Origin: Octopus bimaculoides
Taxonomy: Eukaryota
Assembly (NCBI RefSeq): GCF_001194135.2
Contig: NC_068982.1
Location: forward strand, 37,464,004-37,528,003
Direction of reading: 5' to 3'
Length of the DNA: 64,000 nucleotides
A program made the translations under genes and the position numbers. Positions within the stretch are counted from its first letter, which is position 1, and each line of letters begins with the position of its first letter. Under the pieces are notes generated by a model. The model was given only the letters and a program-made list of their open reading frames with translations, searched no databases and was not told where the DNA came from. Of the stretch, positions 39,058 to 51,510 are shown piece after piece.

Positions 39058-39094
<37 letters not shown>

Positions 39095-39221
39095 TATCTG
39101 TGTGTCTGTCCCCTCACCGTCGCTTGACAACCAATGATGTTGGTGTGTTTACGTTCCCATAATATAGCGGTTCAGGCAAAAAGAGAGCGATAGGATAAGT
39201 ACTAGGTTTACAAAGAATAAG
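38900..39221 (+). mobile_element. SINE family A (ends in a gap)
   Basis: gcaggcgtggctgtgtggtaagtagtttgc...aagtactaggtttacaaagaataag. Confidence 0.88.
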
Positions 39222-39231
39222 NNNNNNNNNN

Positions 39232-39265
<34 letters not shown>

Positions 39266-39689
39266 GTTATTTCATTAAGATCACAGTCATTGTAATTACT
39301 GAAATTGATATTTATACATCAGATAATTTTAAGTTTATTTTTTAATGTTTCACTTGATACCCTTTCCCACCCCTCTCCTATTTTCTTATATATATATATA
39401 TATATATAAAAGAACTAGACAAAAATAATTGATAATTTCTTTTAAATAATGAAATAATCTTTCATGTACAATGATTTATTTCTATTCAGCTTGTCTGTAG
39501 TTTACCGAAGAGATAGATTGAGAGAGAGAGAGAGAGAGACTGCAGATATTGCCAGAATTAATATATTGGCATATGCACAACGTGTATGTGTGTGTTTATA
39601 TATAGAGAGAGATACACACATATACAACATGCGCACATACACTATCAGATTTGTTATCCTCCATTAAGTTGTTTTGTTTTAAGAGGAAC

Positions 39690-40115
39690 AACAGTTACAA
39701 GTCGAGCGAACTGCTTTCTATTGCTGTATTATTGCTTGTTTTGCAGGACCGATAGCCAGCTAGCAAGCTAACTGACAGCAGCGGGTCTGGTTTATAATCA
39801 GCTATTATTAGATTGGCTGGTCGACTTCTACCACGTACTACTACCCAGTCTTAAACAATTTATGTAACTTCTGTCGAAAATCTATCTATCCAAATTATCC
39901 TCAACTGTAACAGATCTTTGTAAATTATATTTTGAAAACGATTCAGCGTTTGTGTATCTTTGTAATTCTTTTGCTGGAAAAAAATATATAGAAAAAAAAG
40001 ATACCTCTGAACCTGTACTATGGGAAATTTTCTGCACTATGAGAAAAAATCTATTTTATTGAATATGTATTAACTGTCGTTAGCCAACCTGACAAAGCCT
40101 CAACAAGATGGCGAC
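39690..40115 (+). promoter_or_regulatory. Candidate promoter/5'UTR of the recombinase-domain exon
   Basis: CpG-enriched patch at 39700-39860; YY1-type CAAGATGGCG overlapping the start codon (40104-40113); possible acceptor ttaactgtcgttag ending at 40083. Confidence 0.5.
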
Positions 40116-41652
40116 TGAGTGGCATAAGGTGGTCCAACCTAGTAGTAATCTGACTGTTGTCGATAATTCAAGTAAACAAACTACTGAAGATAAACACTGT
40201 CAGAAAACGAAAGATAGTACTCAATGGGGGGTACGAGTATTCACCGATTTTTGCAATGAAGTTGGTTATAATGTGGAGTCTGCGACCCAAGATGTGTCAT
40301 TATTATGTCAGGTATTGAAGCGATTATATGCTGGAGCGCGAACAAAAAAATGTGAACTTTATCAGCTCACAGCTTTCCGTTCTCTTCGTTATGCACTCAA
40401 ACGACACTTTGAGGAAACTCTCAATCTGGATATTATTAAAGGAGATGCTTTCGTCGAAGCGAACGAATCCTTTGTTTTTATGGAGAAGCGTATTAAAGCC
40501 GAGGGCAAAGGCCTGATACGACATTACCCCCCTGTCGAAGAGCAAGACATGGCTCGTTTAAAGGAATATTTTAAAGCAAACATGCAGAATCCAACTCCAC
40601 GGGAACTTTTGGAGTATGTTTGGTTTATTTTGCAATATTACATGTGCAGACTGGGAAGAGATGGACAGACAGAATTGAAAATAACTTCATTTGTTATTCG
40701 GACTGATGCTCAGGGAGAGCGGAGCATTGTTCAAAATGAATCTGAACCTCTGGATGGAAACGGGGAAAATGATGAGGAATTAGCTGGAGGGCTAATACCA
40801 TCGTTGAAAGGAGATGTGCTCTGTCCGGTGAGGGCATACGAGTTGTATATTTCTAAGCTGCATCAGGATTTTGATAGACTTTTCCAAAAACCTAAAAAAC
40901 TGGTTGATTCTAGTCAACCGTATTGGTTCGATCGCATTCCGTATGGTAAAACTCCTCTGGGTGGTATGATGCCTACTCTAAGCCACAAAGCAGGACTGTC
41001 CAAACGTTACACTAATCACAGTTTGAGAGCTACGGCTATAGAGAAATTACTGTGGGGTGGCATAAACAGAAAAGATGTTCGTGCCATCAGTCAGTTATTC
41101 GGACAGCCAACATCTGTTTCACAGAGAAAGAAGATGGCATCTATTCTTAGTAACATTGCTGGAGAGCAAAGTACATCAGCAGTAGCAGCACCCTTCTTGG
41201 AAGAGGCTCGATTAAATTCTAAGATCACGTCTAACAAAAGGGTAAATAATTTCAGAAATGAATTTCAACAACTCTCAAATAATTCTGCTTCCTTATCGCA
41301 GAAAAAGAATATTAATCTCCTCACTCCATCAGCAATATCATCTCTAAATACTTCGTGTTTACCAAAATCTAACACTACGAGGCCGCCTCTTTCAACAACC
41401 GGAGATTCTAGCGAAAAATCTGTCAATTGGAGAGAACCAGTTACAAACAGAAGACAACAAATAAGTTCCAGTGAGGCAAAACACAACTTACGGTGTTTAC
41501 AAAGTTTACATTTTGGAAGAGGGAGAGAATCGAAAGAAAAAAGTTCTAGCAGAATTGAAACTCAGGAAGAGAATCGTGTTGCCGACCAAAGTTCAGAGAC
41601 ATCCTCCTTTATGATTACAGATGTGCATTCTTGCGCCAACTCTTTCACGTAA
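40108..41652 (+). CDS. Crypton-derived tyrosine-recombinase-fold (DUF3504-like; KCTD1/KIAA1958/ZMYM/QRICH1-type) module, 514 aa if unspliced; phase-2 donor after 41648
   Basis: Intact 1545-nt ORF: TQWGVRVFTDF, LKRLYAGAR..K.ELYQ, YYMCRLGRDG, LCPVRAYELYISKLH, FQKPK, PYGKTPLGGMM, KRYTNHSLRATAI, QRKKMASILS, then an S/N-rich tail. The end reads TTC AC|GTAAGC. Confidence 0.9.
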   Translation: MATEWHKVVQPSSNLTVVDNSSKQTTEDKHCQKTKDSTQWGVRVFTDFCNEVGYNVESATQDVSLLCQVLKRLYAGARTKKCELYQLTAFRSLRYALKRHFEETLNLDIIKGDAFVEANESFVFMEKRIKAEGKGLIRHYPPVEEQDMARLKEYFKANMQNPTPRELLEYVWFILQYYMCRLGRDGQTELKITSFVIRTDAQGERSIVQNESEPLDGNGENDEELAGGLIPSLKGDVLCPVRAYELYISKLHQDFDRLFQKPKKLVDSSQPYWFDRIPYGKTPLGGMMPTLSHKAGLSKRYTNHSLRATAIEKLLWGGINRKDVRAISQLFGQPTSVSQRKKMASILSNIAGEQSTSAVAAPFLEEARLNSKITSNKRVNNFRNEFQQLSNNSASLSQKKNINLLTPSAISSLNTSCLPKSNTTRPPLSTTGDSSEKSVNWREPVTNRRQQISSSEAKHNLRCLQSLHFGRGRESKEKSSSRIETQEENRVADQSSETSSFMITDVHSCANSFT

Positions 41653-42324
41653 GCATAACTTTTACACGATCGTCCCCAGTCTCAAGATTTTTGTTATACA
41701 GAACAATTCTTATATTTTAAAACAAGTCTTTTAATTATGCACACACGCATACACCATACATGCAATAAACACACACACACATATAATGTTTGTATGTCAA
41801 ACCAAAATTATCGCACGTGTTTTCTACGATGGATTCGGGTTGACCAATGTCATGGAGTGGAGGTTGGTAGTCGGAAACTGCAGAGGTCCGTCCTGTGTGT
41901 GTGTGTGTGTGTGTAATGTAGTGTTTGTGTTTATGTACTAGTAATTCAGCCTTGTCACACGCTTATTTCGCTTGAGAAATACTTTAAAGATACATGTGTG
42001 TGTCTAATGTTTAGTGACTTTCACTCTAACAGTTGAATACACTTTGTTGCAACTGACATATATATGTACGTGTGTGGTGGTGCTTTCTTAGAAGGGGTTC
42101 AATGTTCACTTCTCGCTTGTATGTTTCACTTTGGGCCGGAGGAGTGGGGTACCTACCCTTCTTGTTACCAACCACTTTACAGAATGCATTGTGTGCGTTT
42201 TTCGGGGCATCAGAACTAACGACATTGGCATGTCCTCTTGACCCTCCGTTGTTTTGACTGGATGCATTTTATGATGGTACAGTTAGTTTGCTTCGTACCC
42301 TATAAGTACTCACTACGGCACTGT

Positions 42325-42452
42325 CATGGTATTAGCTGTCAGAAGTGAAAGTAGAAAAATCTGACAAGGAACGTTACTGCTGGTTTGAGTTGATTCTTTG
42401 GCTACTGACAGCTAATACCATGACTGGCCGGAGCGAGCTATCTGTCTGTCTG

Positions 42453-42509
<57 letters not shown>

Positions 42510-42944
42510 TTATCTATCACTCGAAAGTTATTGGAACAAATTCGACACCTATATCCATGCGTTTGAAAACACACAGAGTGGTCCCGAACGCGCAGTCGCG
42601 CGTCCGCGCTAGCTAGTCGTGAGTGGTCGATCCTATTATTTTTAAACTTCAAACTTCATTTGTTTTCTATTTTGATAAATTCTCTCTGTTGAAAATTATA
42701 TTTTTATATTTTAAATAATTTGCAATTTCAGAAAATATATTTTTATATTAAATTTGCGTTTTCTAATTTGATAAATTCTACGGACACAGGTGAACGAGTG
42801 ATAGATAGATAGATAGATATAGAGAGATAGTGAGATAGACAGACAGATAGATAGCTCCGGCTAGTCAGTAGCCAAAGAGTCAACTCAAACTAGCAGTAAC
42901 GTTCCTTGTCAGTTCTACTTTCACTTCTGACAGCTAATACCATG
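42325..42944. repeat. Long inverted repeat (arms of about 130 bp plus complementary CT/GA microsatellites) around a CpG-rich core
   Basis: catggtattagctgtcagaagtgaaagtagaa (42325-42356) is an exact reverse complement of 42913-42944; similarity continues through ctgacaaggaacgttactgct..tttgagttga..ctttggctactgac. Confidence 0.9.
42540..42618 (+). promoter_or_regulatory. Candidate non-coding alternative first exon and CpG-rich promoter for a BTB-only isoform
   Basis: Densest CpG cluster of the window (gaacgcgcagtcgcgcgtccgcgc), followed by a consensus donor GTC|GTGAGT (GT at 42619); the start coordinate is approximate. Confidence 0.5.
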
Positions 42945-43973
42945 GTATTCATTCACTCAAGATGTAATGAAGGTGCACTACAAAGGGTAAATTTTGACAA
43001 ACTTGTCCAAATTTACCTTTAAAAAGTGAAAGAGAAGGGGTACTGAGTGTCTGATCAGTTGTCAATGTGTTCTTTATTTTTCTGTGTATAAAGAGAGCAG
43101 TCATCATCATGTTCATCAATATCTGTTGAAAAGTCCTACAGCAAAAACAAAAAAAGCCATCAAAAGCAGTGGTTAAACTACTTCAAATTTATCTCAAATT
43201 TCTCAGATATATACTTGGTTGTGTATGTATATATCTATTACTTCAACGTGCGGCTGACAATACAGTTCGTCTAGCCTTTACATATAAATTCTATTTGTGT
43301 TTAATTTAAATAGCAATTTACTGTAAGTTCTTTTTGTGGGCAGAAGAATAATAGAGTACTTGCCCATCAAATGAGTGGTTAACAAACTGTGGAACATGTC
43401 AGGATAATCTCCTTTATTATTCCGAGTACTTGAAGAATAAAAAAATATATTCACCACAGCAAAAAGCTTAAAAAATGTAGTTTGTCTACTTGAAATTTAT
43501 CTTAGGTTTTCTAATCATACACTGCTTAAATATTTATATCTACACCAACCATGCTGGTATGAATTGGTGGTCAGCATGGTTTAAGTTAGTACATTTGAGG
43601 GTGCTGCTATTGTAGATGGGTTGGAAGACTATATCTCACTTGTTGGTTTCATTCTCAGCTTGGTTTCTATGACCAAATGCCCTTCCTTGTCCCAACTACT
43701 TTTCAGAATGTATTGAGTACTTTTTTCAAAGCATCAGTGCTTCAGAGGTAGCTATGTCCATGACATGACTGAAGAAACCTCTTGACTCCATGGTTTCTTG
43801 CTCATGAACCTGTTTGTAGAGTGGGAAGCATTAAGGATAAGGTAAACAGATATGGATAATAGTCATAAGAAGGGTAAGTGAGAAGGGTACTCAGTATTCT
43901 GAAGCAAGTATGTACAATCAGTGTATTGTGAGCAAGAGAATAGAGCAGTAACAGTGGCAAGATGATCCATGTG

Positions 43974-44008
<35 letters not shown>

Positions 44009-44546
44009 AAGGATATGTGGGTGAAAAGAAACAAGAGTATGGTGGCAGGCAGAGTGAATAAGAAGAGGGAAAGATGAAGGTTAGAGTAAAGTCTACTGGA
44101 CATAATAGGTCCAATGTTGTGTGGTCTCCTAAAGATGGGTTAACAAATGGTGAGTATGGGGGCCTATACAAATAGGCAGATAAGGATGATGGGAAAAATG
44201 AAAGTGTACTAGGTAGAAGAGGTTGGGTGATAAGGATGGTGGGAGGGGTCCCATACATATGAATGGCTAGGGGTGTCAGAGAAATGAAATAATGTCACAG
44301 TACAGAAGAAACAGTGATAGTCAACTAGGCAGTAAATATACCTACACACCCATGCAAACAGATACACATAAAATATGTTATACCTCTCAGTCTGTATCAT
44401 TACCATTATCCTTGTGAATTTCAATTTGCCAAGCTTACATTGCTGAATAGGTCTTCTCCAACACTGCATATCACCAATCAACACTGTCCTTTGTCGTCTC
44501 TTGCATAAGGTTTCACACAATTTCCATCTACAAAATATCACTCAAT

Positions 44547-44901
44547 CGTGGCACTCCGTTGGTTACGACGACAAGAGTTCCAGTTGATCCGATCAATGGA
44601 ACAGTCTGCTCATGAAACTAACATGTAAGTGGCTGAGCACTCCACAGACACGTAGTTCTTGGGGAGATTCAACGTGACACAGTGTGTGACAAGGCTGGCC
44701 CTTTGAAATATAGGTACAACAGAAACAGGTTGAAAGAGTGAGAGAAAGTTGTGGTGAAAGAGTACAGCAGGATCTCCCCCCCCCCCCGCTGGAACCTCGT
44801 GGAGATTTAGGTGTTTTTACTCAATAAACACTCACAACACCTGGTCTGGGAATCAAAACCGCGAGTCTGCTACCCTAACCACTGGGCCATTGTGCCTCCA
44901 C
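44547..44901 (-). mobile_element. tRNA-derived SINE, family C, with a 10-bp target-site duplication, inserted in a reverse family-A SINE
   Basis: ATCACTCAAT at 44537-44546 and 44902-44911; minus-strand head tgtggaggcacaatggcccagtggttaggg...gattcccag. Confidence 0.88.
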
Positions 44902-45638
44902 ATCACTCAATAGACATTCAGTAAACCAAGACTGAGGTAAAAGACACCAACCTAAAAGTGTTGAACTCAAAATGACATGATTAAAAAGCAAATTTCTTAA
45001 CCTAAAGGTTATATATATGTATAATTTTATACATGAATAATTTTATATGTCTGTTTTTAAGTTTATTTGTGTGCATATGTATAAGTGTGCTCAAAACATT
45101 TTGCTGGAGTTCTAGACTAGTAACATCAAATTTCTTGTAAGTTAGTGACCATGGAGAGGATGTGAACCTTAAGTTGTAGTGGGCAGGACATCACACATTT
45201 CTATGACAATGAAATACTGTCACTTGTGTAGTTTCCTCACTTGCCAAAGCACATGGAAAGTATAGTTTATATATGTGACTATACTTCTATTTTTGTTTGT
45301 GTGTGTGTGTACTATTATTCTCAACCTTTATTACAATCTTTTCATCCTCCTGTGTTCCACACAATTCTATTTTTACCCTATTTGAATTAGTCTTTCCGAA
45401 GCAAGTAGTAGTTACTGGTTAGACATTTTATGTCCTTTAATAACTATTTATTAGCTAACCCTAATTCTAAAATATGTCTATCTTTGATCTCTGTTAAACT
45501 CTGTTGCACTTCCATTATTACCTATACTGTTTCTCTCTCTAAGTCATGTACACTTTCACCCAGGTATATATATATATGTGTGTGTGTGTGGATTTTTTAT
45601 GCTTCTTTTATTTTTCAAAATTAAGATAAAGTTCTTTT

Positions 45639-46050
45639 TTAATCTAAAATATACTCTCCTTCATTTTTTACAATGCTCTTCCATCTATCTGGTAGATTTG
45701 CAAGGCCCTTCTTCCAAAATTCACTTGTCTGTGACAAAAAATACTCCTCCAGTACTGTTCTAACCTCGTTTACAGAGTTCATATTTTTTCCATCCAAATG
45801 ATTTTGAAAACTGTGGAATAAATGATAATCAGATGGAGCAATGTCCAGCAAATATGGTTGGTGGGGGATTGTTTCCCATTCAAACTGCTCCATCCTTTGG
45901 AATGTCATCCTTGCTGTTTGTGGCCGAGCATTATCCTGATGGAAGAACACATTTCATCTTGAAACCAAAGATGGTCGTTTTTCTTCTAGCGCTGGTCGTT
46001 TTTCTTCTAGTAGTTTTGTTCACTCAGAATTGTTTGTAACTGTTGCATAA
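45639..46050 (-). mobile_element. mariner (DD34D) transposase remnant
   Basis: FHQDNARPQTA...HQPYLLDIAPSDYHLF...LPDRWKSIVKNEGEYILD*. Confidence 0.92.
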
Positions 46051-47444
46051 TTAAAGGCCCTGATTACAGTAAGTCAGCTTCTGTAATAGAACAACCAGAC
46101 TTGTGCTAAAACATTTTTGGGGTCATAGGCTTAATAAAAAGTACACTAGCTCTGAGTGCATTTAGTGTAGTTGTTTTTGTTGCAAAGTCCAGATCTTCAG
46201 GTTTGTGGATGGCACCAATATCTTGAGGTACAACTTCCAACTGCATCTGCCATTGTGTAGTACTACTTCATTACTGCATGTGTACATGTTGAAAAGGTTT
46301 TCCAGTGGGCTTGTCACTAGATACCATAGGAAACTGAAAATTTGAGTATCATATTGGGAAGCTGCCCTATCACATGGCACATAGTCGTATATTTTCTGGA
46401 ACCTGTGCTCAACTAGTTAAGTAGTTTGAGTGACTTTCCTCATTGACCACTAAATCAGTTCTTCAATCTTGCCAGTTGAGAAACCTCTGCAAATGTCCTA
46501 GGCAATGCTAATTCTCCTATGATTAGCTTATAGAAAAGTAACTGCAATATTCCATCAGAATATACACGCTCAACTGATTTTCACAAAATTAGCTTTTACA
46601 AACCACACAAAAAACTTGCAGAATGTCAGGTATGTCTTCCATCTGAAACATGACTCTGTTGCATTCCTTTTAAAAAACATACAAAGTATCTTGTTTGTCT
46701 CTCATTTTTCAAGATGATTTATACTTCACCTCTTAGACGCTATATCTCTACATCATTGATAACCCTTTGTACTTCTTTTGCTTTTAATCCACGTAGCCAT
46801 ATGTAAGGATGGATTTTAGGCATATACCTAGGACTTTACCATCTTTTAAAAAGTTAAGAAAGGCACTTAAATAAAACAGCCCTAAATACATATGTCTGGA
46901 AAAGATGTGATGGTCACAATGGAGTGCTTTTAATCACAGATCTGCTGGATCAGAATTGACCCAGATAAACAACAATGATTATATAATGAATGCAAATCAT
47001 GTCCAGTCTGTTTAAGCTTATCTTTCACCTGTTAACATTTATAGTCCTTAATAATGCATTAGTAACGAGAAACTTTCCAAAATCTGCTGTCTTGGCCACT
47101 TTAGGCATATCTTCAGGACTAAACTAAATAGGTTGCAAAGGAATTACAGCTCTCTCACACTGATCAAGGTTACTTCACTCATACAATTCTCAACAAAATC
47201 TCTATACATACATAATTGGCATACTAGCAACAATATAACATGGGAAAATTTCTCAGAGTTGTCTTCTGTATGAAAAAACAAAGCATAACTAGGGATTAAC
47301 ATAATGTAGTGAACCTAAAAAAAATGTTACATCAATTAAAATTAAAAATTACGCTGAAGAAAATCATTAGTGTGAATAATAATAATTATTGTCAAAGCAA
47401 GGAAGACAACTCTGGAGTCCAAATTTGTTGAAAATTGTTGTATC

Positions 47445-47790
47445 ATCTTGTACTTGTTTCAGTCTTTGGACTATGGCCATGCTGGGGGTACTCCCTTGAA
47501 GGGTTTAGTCAAGCAAATCGACCCCAGTACTTATTTTAAGCCTGTTACTTATTCTGTTGACCCCTTTTTGCCAAACAGTCAAGTTATAGAAACATAAATA
47601 AACCAACACCAGTTGTCAAGCAGTGGTGGGGAACAAACAAAAACACAAAAGCACACACATGTGCAATAGGGTTCGTTCAGTTTCCATTTATGAAATCCAC
47701 TCACAAGGTTTTGGTCGGTCTGGAGTTATTGTGGAAGACACTTCCATAAGGTGCCACACAGTGGGATTGAACCCAAGACCTGCTACACCT
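47445..47790 (-). mobile_element. SINE family A, reverse
   Basis: tcttgtacttgtttcagtc...ggccatgctgg...gtgccacacagtgggattgaaccc. Confidence 0.85.
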
Positions 47791-48405
47791 GCACCTATAC
47801 TTTGATCTTTGGTATATACAGTGACAACTCTAGAAATGTTTTGATCTTAACAGGTTTCTTTAGCTGACCGTAATCTTACAGGCCTTAAAATGAATGTGAA
47901 AATATATAGAAACAAACACTAATACGTAGTTCCTGAGTATACTCTGCATCATGCTCAAACATTTGAACAGATCTCTCAGTTATAATGCAGTTACTAGTGC
48001 TTCATAGAAATCTGCAATTACTGTCCAATTTTAACACCAACTTACAAATACCTAGGCTAATGTTTAAAGCACTTCACTTGGTTAATCCTTTTCAAGCAGG
48101 TTATTGAGTGTAGTTTGTTGTTCAACAGACCTTTAATCAAAGACATTGCAACTAATGCATTTTCAGACAGTAGAATATACTCTGACAGGAATCTACCTAC
48201 TATACCTAGCAGGCTAAATTACTGTGTAGCTGTTCAGTTAGCTTATTGGTTGAACAACTAGGTGCAATATAAAGACCTATTGCTCTAGATATCCTCACCT
48301 CTGCCTAAAAGATGACCACAGAGTGATCTCAGACATATGTGATTGTTGATGTTGTTTCACCTCAGGTCAGCCTTGATCATACATACTCATGTATGACTGG
48401 AAGTA

Positions 48406-48700
48406 TTGCAGCCATGATTCATCATCATTATTTAACACCTGGCATGGATTGGATGGTTTGACAGGATCTGACTAGCCTAAGAGCTGTATTGGTCTCCAAT
48501 GTCATTTGCAGTCATGATTCATGGTCTCCAATGTCATATTGCAGCCATGATTCATCATTATTTAACATGCTGGCATGGGTTGGATGGTTTGACAGGATCT
48601 GACTAGCCTGAGAGCTGCATTGGTCTCCAATGTCATCTTTGACAAGGTTTTTGTGACTGGATGCCCTTCCTAATACCAACCACTTTACAGAGTGCAATGC
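48406..48700 (-). mobile_element. RTE-type tail with a local ~100-bp tandem duplication
   Basis: 48406-48505 and 48538-48634 repeat attgcagccatgattcatc...ggtctccaatgtcat. Confidence 0.75.
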
Positions 48701-49827
48701 CTCATCTTTTGCATATCTAAGACTGCATTATCCAATGTATCTGGAAGCTACTTTTGTAGCAGGTTGAAACAACCAAATAGTCACCCTTTAGTTGTATAGG
48801 ATGTTCTGTGGGAGTCTTGGTCCAGTCTGTTATTTGTATATCTTTTATTGTTGTTTAACCCTAGGTCTGCTTTGACCAGGTAGATGTATCGTTGAAGGCA
48901 TTCCAACTATGACTATCCCACCTTTTTTCATACATAGTATAGCTAAGACTCTATTATCCAAATGTGTCATGTTTGTTAAGCTGATAAAGTATTTGTTGGA
49001 TATGTGGCTACTATTTCTAGCAGGTCAAGGAATTGTGTAGAGGTTTCCTATTAATCCAGTGTTTCTTGTTTCATGTTAGAGCCAGCATTTTAAAAGTTTC
49101 TTTTCTCATATAGAATTGAATTGTTTGTTAATGTGTGAATATAAAGAAATAAGTCAAATCCTTTGCTTCTATTGATAAGTTATATAGTGCCTGAAAGGAC
49201 TCTTTCATTGCAGAAGCCATCATGTATTCCTTGAATAAGATTTGTGAATTATTGTGGTTGAGTGAAGTTATCTGAATTCTTTTTGCAAGTTTCAAAGAGG
49301 AATATGTGAGTTGGTGATATCAAACATAAGTCCTTTTCAGGGATTTTGAAGGCATGTATGAGAGAGTGTTGAGTTCTTGTAATGCTGTTTTTTGGGGGGG
49401 GGTTTTGGTTGAATTTTTAATATAAATTTGCCCAGTTAACACATTCTTTGAATTTAGTATTGTTAGTAAGAGAACTTGATGCTTTGTTTGCTTGAACCCC
49501 ACTCTATCAAGCAGACTTCTTATCAAAGGTGTTCTAGACAAGATTATCCCATCATGTCTGTAGATATAATGTATCTAGAACTACTTTATCCAATGTATCC
49601 ATTTTGTTTATGATGGTATACTATTTTATGAGGGAGATATAGCAAGATGCATGACCTTACAGAAGCTTTTCTGTTCATTCATGATATAAGTTGAGTGCAG
49701 TGTGTTCTTCAAGCTCTTGGTATCTCTGGTGTATGCATGGGATTTTGTTGGGTCCTGAGGTTTTTGAGTTTATTGTGTATTTTCTATTTCTGTCTTTGTA
49801 TAACTTTTAGTTATTACTATTATTATT

Positions 49828-50045
49828 AAGGCAGCAAGCTGGTAGAATCGTTAGCGCACTGGACGAAATGCTTAGCAGTATTTTGCCCGTCACTACGTTC
49901 TGAATTCAAATTCTGCCAAGATCGACTTTACCTTTCATCCTTTCGAGGTCGATAGAATAAGTACCAGTTGAACACTGGGGTCAATGTAATCAGCTCATCC
50001 CCTTCCCCCAAATTGCTGCTCTCGGGAGCAAAATTTGAAACCATT
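49828..50045 (+). mobile_element. tRNA-derived SINE, family B, followed by an RTE tail (50048-50185)
   Basis: aaggcagcaagctggtagaatcgttagcgc...ttctgaattcaaattc...cctttcatcctttcgaggtcgatagaataagtaccag. Confidence 0.88.
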
Positions 50046-51067
50046 ATTGGCGTAAGGAAGGGCATCTAGCTGTAGAAACTTTGCCAGATCAGATTGAACC
50101 TGGTGCAGCCTTCTGGCTCACCAGTCCTCAGTCAAACCATCCAACCCATGCTAGCATAGAAAGCGGACGTTAAATGATGATGATGGTAATGATTATTTTT
50201 GTTTTTTTTTCTAAAGTGTTTGATAAGCAAGCTTGCTTGTTGGGGGTATGCATACGTAACTTAAAGCTGTTATGATGTGATATTGTGTAACTTACAGATT
50301 TTGCTAATTTGTGTCCTGTTTTACTGCTTGTTTTGTGATTTATCATAGATACATATTTTTAACAGCTTTCTTTTCTCTGGTTCATTTTCTATTTAGTTTC
50401 TCAATGAAATTTAATTCTGTTATGTATGGTATTAGTGTTTTGTTTAAGGTGGTTGTTCCTGGTTTTTTATCAGGCTGACTATGTCACTTGGGTAATTTGG
50501 ATTTTATATTTTTATGCATCTTTGTGGGATGAATGTATGGAATGAATTATCTATGTTTATGTATCATTGTGTCTTGCAATGTGATTGCCATTCTATTTTA
50601 AGGAATTTTCTGTCAGGTATGGGCAACCTATTTTGAGAAGCAGACTGCATGAGATGTTCATCATCAGGTGGGTCACACTACTAAAAAGACTGAAGGCAAT
50701 TTTTCATTTAGGTGTGCCATTCAGAAAGTCCTGTAGGCTGCAGTTTACCCATGACTACTCTATGATTACTTGACCTGGTAACAGCCTAATTTCTTCCAAA
50801 CTACATCCTATTGTCTTTAAAAGTGGGTTACCCTGGATAATACAATCATGGATTGTATTATCTACTGGAAAAAGAGATGGGTTGGTTTCAGCTGAAATAC
50901 CTTCAGAATGATGGTCATGAAAGTAAAACTTAGTTGTGCCCTTAAAAGTCTATGTATGTTCTAAAACTGTTATTTGGAATGGGTGTAATCTTTTTAGTTG
51001 TTACAATAACTAAATTAGGATGCGGCTAGTTTATTCTTTGCAAGCATTAGTTACATTATCATCATTG

Positions 51068-51510
51068 TGCTGTGCGTGAGAAGACCCGGCAAGCCAAGTA
51101 AGATCGTTGCCAGTGCCCCGGGACTGGCTCTTGTGCGGGTGGCACATAAGATGCACCATTTTGAGCATGGCCATTGCCAGTACCGCCTGACTGGCTTCCG
51201 TAGGATTTTCGAGCGAGATCGTTGCCAGTGCCCCTGGACTGGCTTGTGCGGGTGGCACATAAAAGACACCATTTTGAGCGTGGCCATTGCCAGTATCGCC
51301 TGACTGGCCTTCGTGCAGGAGACACGTAAAAGCACCTACTACACTCTCTGAGTGGTTGGCGTTAGGAAGGGCATCCAGCTGTAGAAACTCTGCCAAATTT
51401 AGATTGGAGCCTGGTGTTGCCATCCGGTTTCACCAGTCCTCAGTCAAGTCGTCCAACCCATGCTAGCATGGAAAGCGCACGTTAAACGATGATGATGATC
51501 ATCATCATCA
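51068..51510 (+). mobile_element. RTE 3' end (3'UTR units and tail)
   Basis: gctgtgcgtgagaagacccggcaagccaag ... gcatggaaagcgcacgttaaacgatgatgat; close to 10843-11427. Confidence 0.93.

Noticed and set aside
40084-40107. Splicing of the THAP linker exon into the recombinase ORF (THAP-YR-BTB)
   Set aside because: The plausible acceptor (40083) puts a phase-2 join out of frame. The only phase-compatible AG (40096-40097) is a weak AAG with no pyrimidine tract. Not supported, though not excluded.
40108-41652. Active Crypton transposon or horizontally acquired phage integrase
   Set aside because: No catalytic Tyr or GH motif is visible, there are no terminal repeats, and it has a long low-complexity eukaryotic tail and a host-like promoter and donor.
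43863-44258. 131-aa minus-strand ORF
   Set aside because: Translation of a purine-rich, GA-repeat-containing segment; no domain and no splice support.
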